This document shows, piece by piece, positions 40,501 through 52,179 of a DNA stretch of 64,000 nucleotides. Positions within the stretch are counted from its first letter, which is position 1; each line of letters opens with the position of its first letter. The DNA is taken from positions 5,248,001 through 5,312,000 of the forward strand of contig CM000152.2 of the NCBI GenBank assembly GCA_000004695.1. The letters run 5' to 3'. The notes under the pieces are model-generated. The model did no database searches. It worked only from the letters and a program-made list of their open reading frames with translations, and had not been told where the DNA came from. Both the position numbers and the translations under genes were made by a program. This DNA is from Dictyostelium discoideum (lineage: Eukaryota).

Positions 40501-43500
40501 CATTTTAATATTTCTAATGTTGCTAAACCAATACCACCTGTTGCTGAGTGAATTAAAATTACTTCATCATCATCGATATTAAAATTACCAATGTTGAACA
40601 TACCATGAAGACATGTTGAAAAAATGACTGGTAATGATGCTGCTTCAACATGACTAATATTCTCAGGTTTATGTGAAACATAAAGTACATCAGCTATAAC
40701 ATGTGAAGCGGTTGTGTCACAAGCTATACCAAATACATTATCGCCTACTTTAAATTCACAATTTTGATTCTCATTAGATATTCTTGTGATAATACCTGAA
40801 AATTCGAGACCAAGTGGATTTTTAGATATTGATACATTTTCATCAATAACAACTAAACCACGATAAATTAAATAATCTTTATAATTAATACCTGTTGCTA
40901 AAACTTTGACTTCAATTTGATTCTTTTTTAATTTCTTTGGTTTTGATGCTAATTTGTATTCTAAATTTGTTGAATCTAAGAGTGTCATAAAGTCATTATC
41001 TTCGAACGAATTTGAATTGAAGTTTGATTTTATATTCTTTTCATTCTTTAATATTTCATAATAAATTGAATTATTTCTAATTATATATTCTCTTTGAATA
41101 TGGTTATTTGAATTTTCAATCAATTGATTAATGATTTTATTTAATAATGATGATATTGATAATTGATTATCAAAATCGATTGAATATAGATTTAAACTTG
41201 GAAATTCATTAAAGTATCTTGCTGTACCTATTATTGATGATGATAAATAGTTTTTGATTTGTGAATCAATAGTAATTAATACATGTTTACATGTTAAACT
41301 ATGTTTTAAAAGTTGTTGATTAATTTCAATATATTCCATTGTAATTTGTTTGAAATTATTCATTTCTAATTGTTCCATTGATTTAATAAAGTAAATTATT
41401 GAATCATTTGTTATTGAAGGTAATAATTGATTAAATTCATTAATATTCGATATTATTGTTTGTTTGCAGCTGATATGATTATTTGAAATTAATTTCATAA
41501 ATTCATTTGTATATTTTGATTCTTTTTCACAATAAATTATAATATTATCATTTTTATTGTTTGGAACAACTGTTAATTCATTTGATAATATTGTTGATTT
41601 TTGTGATTGTATTACTTTATTTGACTTTTGAATTTTGTTTTCATTAAAACCTAAATTTATTAAACTATCGATATTGTATTTATCACCAATATCATCTCCA
41701 ATTATTAATAATAATCCATTTGAAGAAAGAATATTAAATATTGATTTGATGATTGTTTCATCATCACCATCATTATTATTATTAATGATAATATCATAGT
41801 ATGATGGTTTTAACTGGGTTATATCATTTTTAAAGATTAAACTTGAATCGTGTAAAGTTGGAAGTTTATCATTTGAATTATCAATAATTGTAAATTCTAT
41901 ATCGATTTCTTGTAAACTATTATCATCGAAAATTTGATTTAATGTTTCAATGATTTGTTTTGATAATTCTAAATCTGAAAATGATTGTAAAATTCTAAAA
42001 ACAATTTTTTCATTTATAATTGGTTTGATTGTTTGTTTAATAATTTCTGTAACTGTATTGCTGCTGCTGATGCTGCTAAAAGTTTGATTATTATCAATGG
42101 ATAAAATATTAACTAATGAATCTTTACATTGTAAATTATTTGTAAATAATTCAGTTGTAGGATTATTAATTAATAAACTATTAAGTAATGGAAGAGTTGA
42201 ATGTAAAGATATACAATCCATTTCTAACAACTTTGTACCATCTTCTAATAAAACTAAAACTGATGATTTATAGCTATCTGATTCCAAGGAGATGAATTTT
42301 GCTTGACAATAGATATTCTTATATTTTAATTTGTCAGTTGGTATATTTTCAGAATAAACTTTTAAACCTTCAAGTCTTTCAAATACAAACTGGCTTGAAT
42401 TTGTAATGAATCCAACTATAGTTTGTGAACAACTATCTAATAAAGCTGTATTGAAAAATGATTTATCGTATGTTTGATAAACTGGCTTACCATCGATATC
42501 AAAGTTTTCAGTGTTTACTTGAATTTTAGATATAATACAATCATTACCAAAATACAACTCTTCAATTCCTTGGAAAGCTCCTAAATGAGTGATTCCAGTT
42601 ATTGATCTGGAATGTTTGTAAACTTCTTGTTTTGAAAGGGTTGTAAAATTACATTCTGATAGCAATTGATTTATATCATATTTAGATGAGTGATCATTAT
42701 TATTATCTTTTAGTGATATAAGTTGAAAGTTACCAGTACATGTTTGAACCCATTGATTTGTTTTATTATCTTTTATGTTGAATGTAACTCTATAATCAGT
42801 GTTACCTAATTGATAAACATTGGTTTGTAAAGTATGTTTGACATTTTCTTTTAAAACAAATGGTGCTAAAAATTCCAAGTTATTAATTATAATATCTTGA
42901 TTTGGGTAAAGTTTCATAATATTATCAGCATATCCAATACCTGGGAAGTAATATTTTCCTTTTACAATATGGTCTTTTAAGTATTTGAATGGATTTCTAT
43001 TTATATCGATTATTGATTCATATGATTTGTTATTTGATGAATAGTTAATCATTGATTTACCTAAACTGTTGAAAACATTTGGTCCATTTAATCTATATTG
43101 TTCAAAGTTAATATCAACTTTCCAATAGTGTTGTTCGTCGAATTGATAGTTTGGTAAACTGATATTGACCTTGCTGTTTCTAATGGAACTGACATCATCA
43201 TCATTGTGATTGAATTGACACTTGAAGTTTACATCATAACCTAAACAATAAATTTGTGAAATTGTTGAATGAATTTCATCTAAATCATTGGAGTTCTTTT
43301 TGTTTGTTGATGTTAATACTGAAACTGAATTAAAGTAACTTGATGATTTTGGTATCATTTGTTTTAAATAAAATGATAAACTTGGATGTGGTGAAACTTC
43401 AATAAATATTAATTCATTACCAAGTTTATTATTTTCAATGTGTTGATATAAATTTGAAATAGTTTGAGAGAATCTGACAGGTTGTATTATATTTTCATAA

Positions 43501-44785
43501 ACATAACTTGAATTGAATGGAGTAGTTTCATGATTAAATAAATTAGTTGTAACTGTTGAAAATGTTGGAATTCTTGATTGTTTTGATGGTATATCTAATG
43601 GTAAAATTTCATTTTTAGTTGAATGTTGACTACTTGTGTGGAATGATGATAATGAACCTAAAAATGCGCAAAAGATATTATTTTCTTTTAAATTTAATGA
43701 TATCTCTTTTAAAATATTTTCATTACCTGCAATTACAATTGATGTTGGTGAATTATAGCATGCAACTTCAATTGTTGGGTATTTATTTGAATAAAGCTCA
43801 ATAAATTCTGAATGACTGATATTAACTGATAACATTTTACCACATCCATTTGTATTATTTTGAGAAATTGATCTGTGATAAATTAATTTACAAACTGTTT
43901 GGAAATCTACCATACCTGAACAATATGATGTTGCGATTTCACCTAAACTATGACCAACGATGAATGATACATTGATACCCCAATGTTTGTATAGTTCAAA
44001 TAATGATATTTGTAACATTAATATCGATGGTTGAGCGATTATTGGTTGATGTATTGATATAATATCATCATCTTTAATTGATCTTAATTTATCTAAAACT
44101 GAGTATCCATAGTATTTACTTAACTCTTTATTGAATTTGTCCATCGATGATCTGAATATTGGTTCACATTCATAAAGTTGTTGAGCCATTTTATTCCATT
44201 GTGAACCTTGACCTCCGAAAACAATAACAACCAATGGTTGATTTCTTTTAATTGTAATATTTGAGGATTTGTCATTATTTGTTTTAAAGTACTTGTTTTT
44301 AGTTTTTAATTGATCCCAATTACTTGAAATTAAAACTGATCTTTGATATAGTTTCTTTGATTTTGAGTAAATTTGATTCTTAACAAACTCTTTGAATGAA
44401 TTTGTTGAAATTTTAATATCATTTATTATTAAGTCTTCATAATTTTTTAATGATTTTACTGAATTGGCTGAAAATGGTATTAAAAATCTTTGTTGTTGTT
44501 GTTGTTGTGATTCGGCAGGATAACTATGACCATTACCATTTTGATTGATTGATTGTTCAATAAACTGTGATAAAATTAAACAACAATTTGAACCAGTTAC
44601 ACCAAAGTTGTTAATAACCATTGATACTGGTTTTTCATTATTATTTGTAAATGGTATTGCTTCTGTTACAACTTTAATATTCCAATCTTTAAAGTTAATC
44701 TTTGGATTTGGTTGATCAAAATTAACATTTGGTGCATAATGTTTATTTTTAAACATTAAACAACATTTGATTAATGATGCAACAC
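37533..44785 (-). CDS. pksC exon 3: reducing type I PKS (AT-DH-ER-KR-ACP-terminal reductase), intact
   Basis: Acceptor aatAG|gt at 44787-44786 ([20 protein letters not shown]). It has the same motif set as pksA, is more than 95% identical to pksA and pksB at the protein level, and stops at 37533. Confidence 0.85.
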
Positions 44786-44864
44786 CTATTAATATTTATA
44801 AAATGAAAAAAAGAGTTAAAATTAATGTTTTTTATTTTTTTTTTTATAAATGGTTACAACTTAC

Positions 44865-45329
44865 CACTTGCAGCTTCAGAATGACCAATATTAGATTTGA
44901 GTGATCCAATGAGTAATGGTTTAGATGGTGTTGATGTTTTCGATGAATTTAGAGCCATTGATACACCTTCTACTTCAATTGGATCACCTGTTGGTGTTCC
45001 TGTACCATGACATTCTACGAAACTAATATCTGATGCTTTCATATTTGCACTTTTCAATGCTAATTTGATATTATCAGATTGTGATTGTTTGGATGGTGAA
45101 TAAAAGTTTGATTTATCATTTAAACCACCTCCATCGACATTTGAACTAAATGAATTAATTACACAATAAATATTATTACCATCTCTAATTGCGTCTGATA
45201 ATGGTTTTAAAATTACAATACCACAACTCTCTGCACGAATGTAACCATCTGCTTCTGAATCAAATGGTTTACATTTACCTTTTTTACTTAGCATATTTAA
45301 AAATGAAAATGATTTTGAAATGTATGGAT
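44865..45329 (-). CDS. pksC exon 2 (KS central part)
   Basis: Acceptor tataG|at at 45331-45330 and donor G|GTAAGT at 44864-44859, identical to the pksB structure. Confidence 0.8.
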
Positions 45330-45427
45330 CTATATAAATAAATGTATATAATAATTAAAAAAAAAAGAAAAAGAAAATTGAAGAATAAAAATAAAATAAT
45401 AAATGTTTAAATTCTGAATTAACATAC

Positions 45428-46049
45428 CAAGTAATAAACTGACACCACCCACAATTGATAGATTTGAAGTACCATTTTGAATTGATTGAAAACCCATTGC
45501 AATTGAATTCAATGATGAAGAACATGCTGTATCAATTGTCATTGATGGACCTCTGATATCATATGAAAATGATAATCTATTTGAAATGGTATGAAGAACA
45601 TTTGATGCGAAATAATTTTCAGATGTTTCATTAAAGTCTCTATTTGTTGTTGAATAATCTAATGTTGAGCAACCAATGAAACAAGATGTATTTGAACCTC
45701 TAATATCGATTGGATCGATGAATGCATCTTCTAATGCTTCCCATGTACACTTTAATAGTAATCTTGTTTGTGGATCCATTAGGGGTACTTCTGATGGATT
45801 GATTGCGAAATGAACTGGATCGAAATCACTCCATTCTTTTAATGGTAATAATCCACCAAATTTATTATTAACTTCACCGAGTAAATTGATATTGTCACTC
45901 CATCTTTCTGATGTTTCAACAATACCACTGAATCCATTCTTTAAATTATTCCATAAATGTGAAACACTACCATTATTAATTGATTCTTTACCTTGTGGAA
46001 TTCTAAATCCAATACCTACAATTGCAATTTCTTTGTTTTCTAATTTCAT
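45428..46049 (-). CDS. pksC exon 1 (KS N-terminus)
   Basis: The true ATG is at 46049-46047 ([15 protein letters not shown]). The ORF track's start at 46064 is a TTG. Donor G|GTATGT at 45427-45422 with a 98-nt intron. Confidence 0.8.
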
Positions 46050-47247
46050 TTTTAATATTTCCAAAATAAAGTAAATTATATAAAATTATTATCAGAAAAA
46101 TAAAGTTATTAAAAAGGTATTTGTTATTAATATTCCAAATAAAAATAAAAAAAGATTCCATTTAAATAAATTATAAAAAAAAAAAATATGTAAATTAAAA
46201 AATTGATTTTACACACATACTCACATATAAACATATAATATATTTAATTAAACCAAAATATATTAGCTGTTTTGAAATAATCTCAAACTTTTCATCGTCA
46301 AGAGCAAACCATTGGTTGTTAATTTTATTTTAATGAAATTGTGATTTGTAGATGATGAGTAGATTTTATTTTTTAAAAAAAAAAAAAAAAATAAAAAAAA
46401 AACGTCTGGGTAGTTTTAAAAAAAAAAAAACACCTGGATGGTTTGAAAAAAAAAAAGTGTAATAGGGAGGTAAAGGGAAAAAAAAAAAATAATAATAATA
46501 AACTAAAATAAAAGGAGAAAAAAAAAACAAGAGTGGGTGAAAAAAAAAAAAAAATAAAAAAAAAACAAAATTTAAAAAATATCTATGTTTTTCTTTAATA
46601 GATCTTTTAAAATGGGAAAATAAAAAAAAAAAAAAACTAATTAAGATCTTGGTATTAAAAAAAAATCTCCACAGCAAAAGGGTTAAAAATGAATATGTTA
46701 ACACAGATTTGGGTGTAATTTTTTAAAACTAATAAGAGGTATTTCAAGAAAAAGCCTCTTTAAAACTATATATGGGTTTTTTTTTTTAAATCCTTTAATA
46801 AATTTATTTCCTTATCGATATTGTAAAATTATTTTTATTTTCGGGATTATTAATCTGACATTATAATTATTATTATTTATTAATTTTTTTTTCTTTTAAT
46901 ATTCTAAAAAATACCTAATAATTTCATAAAATAATTTATCATTTAAAAAAAAAAAAATTACAAATAAAAAAATTTAATCAATAAATTAAAATTTTAAAAC
47001 ATTTAATTTTTTTTTTTTTATCAAATTATGCGTGGTGTTTTTTTAAAATATCTTTTTTTAATTTTTTTAATTCTGAGAAAATAATTAAAATAATGAAAAA
47101 AAAAAAAATTTTATTTTTTATTTTATTTTTTTTTTTTCTATTGTTAAATTTTTATTCTTTGGTTATCTTTTTTTTTTTCAATTCTATTAAATTTTACCTT
47201 TTTTTTATTTTTTTTTTTTTTATATATTATTATTATTATTATTAAAG

Positions 47248-47388
47248 ATGTCAATGGTTTTAACCAAAGTTCCACCATTTCATTATATCCATGTTTTGGA
47301 TACAAATATACAAATTGTAAAGATGATTGAAGGTCCAATATCATATCTTGTAAAAGAACATGAAAAAATTGTAGTTCAACCAACAAGA
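47248..47388 (+). CDS. Major vault protein (MVP) paralog, exon 1
   Basis: MSMVLTKVPPFHYIHVLDTNIQIVKMIEGPISYLVKEHEKIVVQPTR aligns with the MVP N-terminus ([40 protein letters not shown]). Donor AGA|GTAAGA at 47389. Confidence 0.75.
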
Positions 47389-47465
47389 GTAAGAAAAAAA
47401 TAAGAAATAAAGTTTTTTTAAAAATATTACACATCATTTTTAATACTTTTTTTTTTTTTCCAAAG

Positions 47466-48587
47466 ATGCATGTTATTCAAAATAATGAATATTGTATAAT
47501 TGAATCACCAGTTATTAGAGATCAAGATAAAAAGACAGTATTGGTTGATAAATACGGACAAGCAAAATTAAAACATGGATCAAGAGAGATTAGATTTGAA
47601 AGTGGGGAACCATTTCCATTGTATCCAGGTGAGAGTATGATCGGAAAGATATCACCATTGACAGTGATTTTAAATAATGAAGCCATCGTAATTAAAGCGT
47701 TAGTTGACTTTTTGGACACTGAAACTTCTAAACTTATTTCAGCAGGTGATGAATGGTTAATGTATGGTCCAGCAACTTATAAACCACGTGTAGAAGAGCA
47801 TGTCAAAGAAATTAGAAAAGCATTCATAGTGAAACCACACAACGCTTTGAAAATCATGGCAACCAATGATTTCAAAGATAAAGTCTACAAACAACAACGT
47901 AAATCAGGTGATGAATGGTTGATGACTGTCGAAGGACCATACATTCTAGATGCTTATGAAAAGTTGGTGGAAATCGTTGAGCCATATGTATTGGATGATA
48001 ATAACTCAATCCATGTTGCTGCCAATAGGAAGTTTGTAGATTCGAATGGTGTCGAGAGAAAAAAAGGTGATAAATGGTTACTCACAAAACAAGACACCAC
48101 TTTATTCATCCCTCAGCCATCTGTCACCGTTGAGAAGGTTGTGCCTGTGACTGTGCTAACCCAGTTGAATTATGTTATTATTAGTGATCCGTATGATGAG
48201 GAGACCGGTGCACCTTTGTTGGGTGAGAAAAAGATTGTTAAAGGTCCAAAGAATTTCTTTCAAAAACCTGGTGAGACTTTAAGCATTATTCAAAGTACTT
48301 ACATTTTGGAACCAGAGGATGCAGTTTATGTAAAGGTTTTAGAAGAATTTGAAGAATCTGTTCGTTCTGGAAATACTCTAAAAAATGTAACTAGAAAATC
48401 AGGTACTAAATATTTAGTCTATGGTCCATGTGAATACGTACCACCATTAACTGTACAAGTATTAAAGAAAACTAAAGCTATCATTTCAAATGAACAATTT
48501 GGAATTTACATTTTTGATTTGATGCCTGCTTTAAATGTTTTTGTAATTTTATTAATCTTTTATTTAATTTTAAAATTCTTTTTTTAG
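47466..48587 (+). CDS. MVP paralog exon 2, seven or more MVP repeat domains; the reading frame then runs into A/T junk, so the gene appears truncated.
   Basis: Acceptor ccaaAG at 47464-47465. MHVIQNNEYCIIESPVIRD matches MVTVPPRHYCTVANPVSRD. Repeated GDEWLMYGP/GDEWLMTVEGP/GDKWLLT modules are MVP repeat signatures. After ...TKAIISNEQ the ORF ends in FGIYIFDLMPALNVFVILLIFYLILKFFF*, which is not protein-like, and is followed by a poly-A desert. Full-length MVP is ~850 aa (from memory) and only ~420 aa is encoded here. Confidence 0.65.
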   Translation: MHVIQNNEYCIIESPVIRDQDKKTVLVDKYGQAKLKHGSREIRFESGEPFPLYPGESMIGKISPLTVILNNEAIVIKALVDFLDTETSKLISAGDEWLMYGPATYKPRVEEHVKEIRKAFIVKPHNALKIMATNDFKDKVYKQQRKSGDEWLMTVEGPYILDAYEKLVEIVEPYVLDDNNSIHVAANRKFVDSNGVERKKGDKWLLTKQDTTLFIPQPSVTVEKVVPVTVLTQLNYVIISDPYDEETGAPLLGEKKIVKGPKNFFQKPGETLSIIQSTYILEPEDAVYVKVLEEFEESVRSGNTLKNVTRKSGTKYLVYGPCEYVPPLTVQVLKKTKAIISNEQFGIYIFDLMPALNVFVILLIFYLILKFFF

Positions 48588-48920
48588 AAAAAAAAAAAAA
48601 AAAAAAAAAAAAAAGAAAAACTATCATTTTTCAAATAATAAACTCTTTTGTGGATTTAATAGGAAAAAAAAAAAAAAAAAAAAAAAAACCAGAATGGTTA
48701 CATTCATTTTTTTTTTTTTTTATATTTTATATCATTTTGTGTATTTATATACAAAATTAATATTAAAAATAAATAAAATCAAATCATTGTATAAAAAAAA
48801 AAAAAAAAATAATATGGAAAATAAAATGAAAATATTTTTTTTTTTTTTTTTTTTTAAGTGTAAATAAAAATAAAAATAAAAATAAAAATAAAAAAATAAA
48901 AAAATTTTATGGAATATTCA

Positions 48921-48951
<31 letters not shown>

Positions 48952-49090
48952 TATTTTTTGAATTTAATAATTTTTTGTAAAATAAATAATTAAAATCATT
49001 ATTACACTGAATATACAATTACACCATACTATTTTTTAAAATTTTATTATTTTTTTATTTTTGGATCAAAAAGGGAACAATAATAATAAT

Positions 49091-49182
<92 letters not shown>

Positions 49183-49219
49183 TAATAATAATAACAGTAT
49201 ATATATTAGGTTTACAAAG

Positions 49220-50359
49220 ATGAGTTATAAAAACCATTCGAATTTAGTTTACAAATTACAAGCTATAGAGAGAGAGAAATCAAGAGTTGAAGATAGACTT
49301 GAAAAATTACACGATGATAAAAATAATTCATACCAACAACAACAACACTCTGGCTCAAAAAGAGGGAGAAATAATAATAATGATAATAGAATTCAAAATA
49401 ATAATAACAATAACAATAATAATAATAATGATAGAGCTAGAAAAAGACAACAAATTGAAAGTGGAGAAATTATATCAGGTGGTGAAACAACAACTACTAC
49501 AACAACCTCAACTTCAACTTCAACAAATGATAAACCCAAACCAATTTTAAATCAAGAACAACAAAAAAGAGGTAGAATGTTTGTTGGTTTATTAAATAGA
49601 ACATTACAAGATTTTCAAAAAGATATTACAAAAAAAACACAATCTGATAAAAAGAGAGAACAAATTGAACAAAAAGTTGAAAATACAATTAATCAAGAGG
49701 AACAAGAAAGAATTGAAAAAGAGAAATTAAAAAAACAACAACAACTTGAAAAAGAAAAGAAAATTCATGATGAATTAATTAGAAAACAAGAAGAACTAGA
49801 GGATAAAATATTACAAGAGACTTGGTCACTTCATAACAAAGTTTTATCCAATTTCAAATATAAAACTTTAAAATCCAATCCTCAAATTTATTTTTCACTT
49901 TCACCATTAGCCGATAAACATGGTTTCACTCTAAAGAATTACTTTAAAAATGATACTGACATCTCAATGAATCATTATGATAATGATACCAATAATAACA
50001 ATACTTTTAGCAGAAAAAATAAACCTGTCTCTGAGAAACCTGAAAAAAGAAGACGAAAACAACATGAAGATGATGATGATGATGATGATGATGATAATGA
50101 TAATGATGATTTTGATGAAAATGAAGATAATAATAATAATAATAACAACAATAATAGAAATGATATTAATAATAATAAAAATAATCAGGGTGAAAAAAAA
50201 GAACAAATTTTTGAAGAGATGAATAATAATAATGATGATAAAAACAAAAGTGATGGTAGTGGTGATAGCAGTGGCATTACAACTCCACCCCCCGATGAAA
50301 TAAAACCAACTGTAATTGAAAAAGATGAAAAATTAGACATTAATGAAAAAACTGTGTAA
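49220..50359 (+). CDS. Pinin/SDK/MemA-like coiled-coil nuclear protein with poly-Asn and an acidic tail
   Basis: The real ATG is at 49220 (MSYKNHSNLVYKLQAIEREKSRVEDRLEKL). The ORF-track start at 49061 is TTG inside an (AAT)n microsatellite (49075-49190). KRGRMFVGLLNRTLQDFQKD matches the pinin/SDK hallmark RRMFG.LlGTLqkFk. A charged coiled coil and a poly-Asp tail follow. Confidence 0.5.
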   Translation: MSYKNHSNLVYKLQAIEREKSRVEDRLEKLHDDKNNSYQQQQHSGSKRGRNNNNDNRIQNNNNNNNNNNNDRARKRQQIESGEIISGGETTTTTTTSTSTSTNDKPKPILNQEQQKRGRMFVGLLNRTLQDFQKDITKKTQSDKKREQIEQKVENTINQEEQERIEKEKLKKQQQLEKEKKIHDELIRKQEELEDKILQETWSLHNKVLSNFKYKTLKSNPQIYFSLSPLADKHGFTLKNYFKNDTDISMNHYDNDTNNNNTFSRKNKPVSEKPEKRRRKQHEDDDDDDDDDNDNDDFDENEDNNNNNNNNNRNDINNNKNNQGEKKEQIFEEMNNNNDDKNKSDGSGDSSGITTPPPDEIKPTVIEKDEKLDINEKTV

Positions 50360-50747
50360 TAAATAAATTTGTTGATTAGTTTTAGCGATAAACCAAAAAA
50401 AAAAAAAAAACAAATATTCCTTTTTCCAGTTTTCTTTTTTTTTATTCTGTTTTATTTTTTTTTTTTTTTTTTTTTTATTAAATCTTATGTTTTAAATAAA
50501 ATTAAATTAATTTTTAAAATATAAATAAATTGTATGTTTCAATCCTTTTTTTATATATATATATTTTTTTTTTTTTAAACTTTTTTTATTTTTTATTTTT
50601 TTTTTATTTTTTTTTTCTTTGTTATATTTATGATTGTTCTCTGTTTATTTAATAAAAGGAAAAAAGGAAAAAATTAAAAGTGTTAGTTATATATTATTAA
50701 AAACCTTACTTTTTTTTTTTTATTTTTTTTTTTATTATTATTATTAC

Positions 50748-51048
50748 TTACTTTGGAGCTTTTTTACCGGCACCTTCCAAACCTTTCTTAATGACAGCGA
50801 CGGATCTTTTAGAGTTACAAGCATTACAACATAAAAAGTATAAACGGTTGTTTCTTTCCAAGACAGTGTTTGGACTCTTACAATTACGGCAAGCTACGTA
50901 TTCTGAAATATAATGACGAATAACAATTTCAATTTGTGAAGTCTTAAATCTACCTCTAATAACAAGACGTTGATTACCATCAATTGAACCATTAGTACCT
51001 AACTCTGCAAAAACGTAATTATATACATGTTCAACTTTACGATTAAGA
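50748..51048 (-). CDS. eIF2 beta subunit exon 2 (C2-C2 zinc ribbon)
   Basis: Acceptor tttAG|t at 51050-51049. It encodes T-LNRKVEHVYNYVFAELGTNGSIDGNQRLVIRGRFKTSQIEIVIRHYISEYVACRNCKSPNTVLERNNRLYFLCCNACNSKRSVAVIKKGLEGAGKKAPK*, nearly colinear with the human eIF2-beta C-terminus. Stop at 50750-50748. Confidence 0.85.
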
Positions 51049-51135
51049 CTAAATTTATAATTAAAAAAATAAAAATAATAATATGTTAATATGTATAATT
51101 TCTTTTTTTTTTTTTTTTTAATAATTAATTCTTAC

Positions 51136-51779
51136 GTTCCACAAATTTCAGCAAAATTAGCCCAAATTGTTTTTTTAGTACCTTCACGCATAACTTGTGG
51201 TGGTTTCATTGTACGTTTTTGGTCAGAGATTAAATCTGGATTATTAGCTTGGAGGAGATGATAGATTCTATAGGTGAGTTCAGAATATTTGTAATCACGA
51301 TCAGTACCAGCCCATGGGATAGTACCTTGAACAAAGGTATCACCATCACTTGTTGTAATGGTTTTTTCTTTTGATTCACCATCTTCGGTTGGTTCGGTTT
51401 CAGTTGGTTCAGTGGTGGTGGTGGTGGTGGAGGTGGTGGTGGTAGTTGAGGATTTGCTTGATTTCTTCTTCTTTTTCTTTTCACCCATAAACTCTGCTTC
51501 TATATCTTCGTCATGTGCACCTTCATTTTCAAGTTTTTCAATTGCTTCACTGTTTTCACCTTCAGTTGATGCTAATAATGCTGCTTTCTTTTTCTTTCTC
51601 TTTTCTTTTTTTTCATCTTCTTGTTCTTGTTCATCCTCTTGTTGACTCATCATTGCTAAAGTTTTAGATTTTAATTTCTTTTTCTCTTCTTCAGTTTGTG
51701 CTGCTGAATCCTTTGATTTCTTCTTCTTTTTCATTGTAGTATCAAATACTAAAACATTTTCTTCTTCTGTTGCTGACAT
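51136..51779 (-). CDS. eIF2 beta subunit exon 1 (poly-Lys K-boxes, acidic linker, start of the core)
   Basis: ATG at 51779. K-boxes are KKKKKSK, KRKKKKA and KKKKKKSSK. ...YKYSELTYRIYHLLQANNPDL...PPQVMREGTKKTIWANFAEICG is the conserved eIF2-beta core. The exon ends AC|GTAAGA (51135-51130); the ORF track's stop is that donor. Confidence 0.85.
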
Positions 51780-51887
51780 TTTTAAACTAAAAAAAATTTA
51801 TTTCTTTATTTTAATATAATAATTTTAAACTTTTTTTAAAAAAAAAATATAAAAAAAAAAAAAAAAATATTTTGATAAAAAATTTTG

Positions 51888-51918
<31 letters not shown>

Positions 51919-52179
51919 AAAAAAAAAAAATAAAAATAAAAATAAAAAAAAAATGAATTTCGAAGGATGAGAAAAAATAAATAAAAATAAAAAACAATTA
52001 AAATTTTTTTAAAAAAAAAAACGATCGTTAGTTTTTTAAAAAAGAGAAAAAAAATATTTTTTTTATTTTTAAATTTTCATTTTTTCCACTTACCACCACA
52101 ACAATAAAATTTTATTTTTCATTATTTATTTTTGATAAATTTTAAAGAATAAATATATATATATATATAAAATTATAAT

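Noticed and set aside
46366-47437. ORFs 46366-46704(-) and 47144-47437(-)
   Set aside because: These are poly-F/K translations of the A/T desert. The second overlaps MVP exon 1 and its intron on the opposite strand.
47522-47719. 65-aa antisense ORF within the MVP exon
   Set aside because: It is antisense to a well-supported coding sequence.
49055-50222. ORFs 49055-49237(-), 49287-49550(+), 49964-50206(-), 49977-50222(+)
   Set aside because: They are alternative frames or antisense of the pinin-like gene's AAT/GAT repeats.
50634-50834. 66-aa plus ORF
   Set aside because: It overlaps the 3' end of eIF2-beta exon 2 on the opposite strand, in A/T-rich UTR-like sequence.
51230-51645. ORFs 51230-51484(-) and 51358-51645(+) with poly-Pro/poly-Val
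   Set aside because: They are alternative-frame or antisense readings of the eIF2-beta acidic and poly-Thr region.
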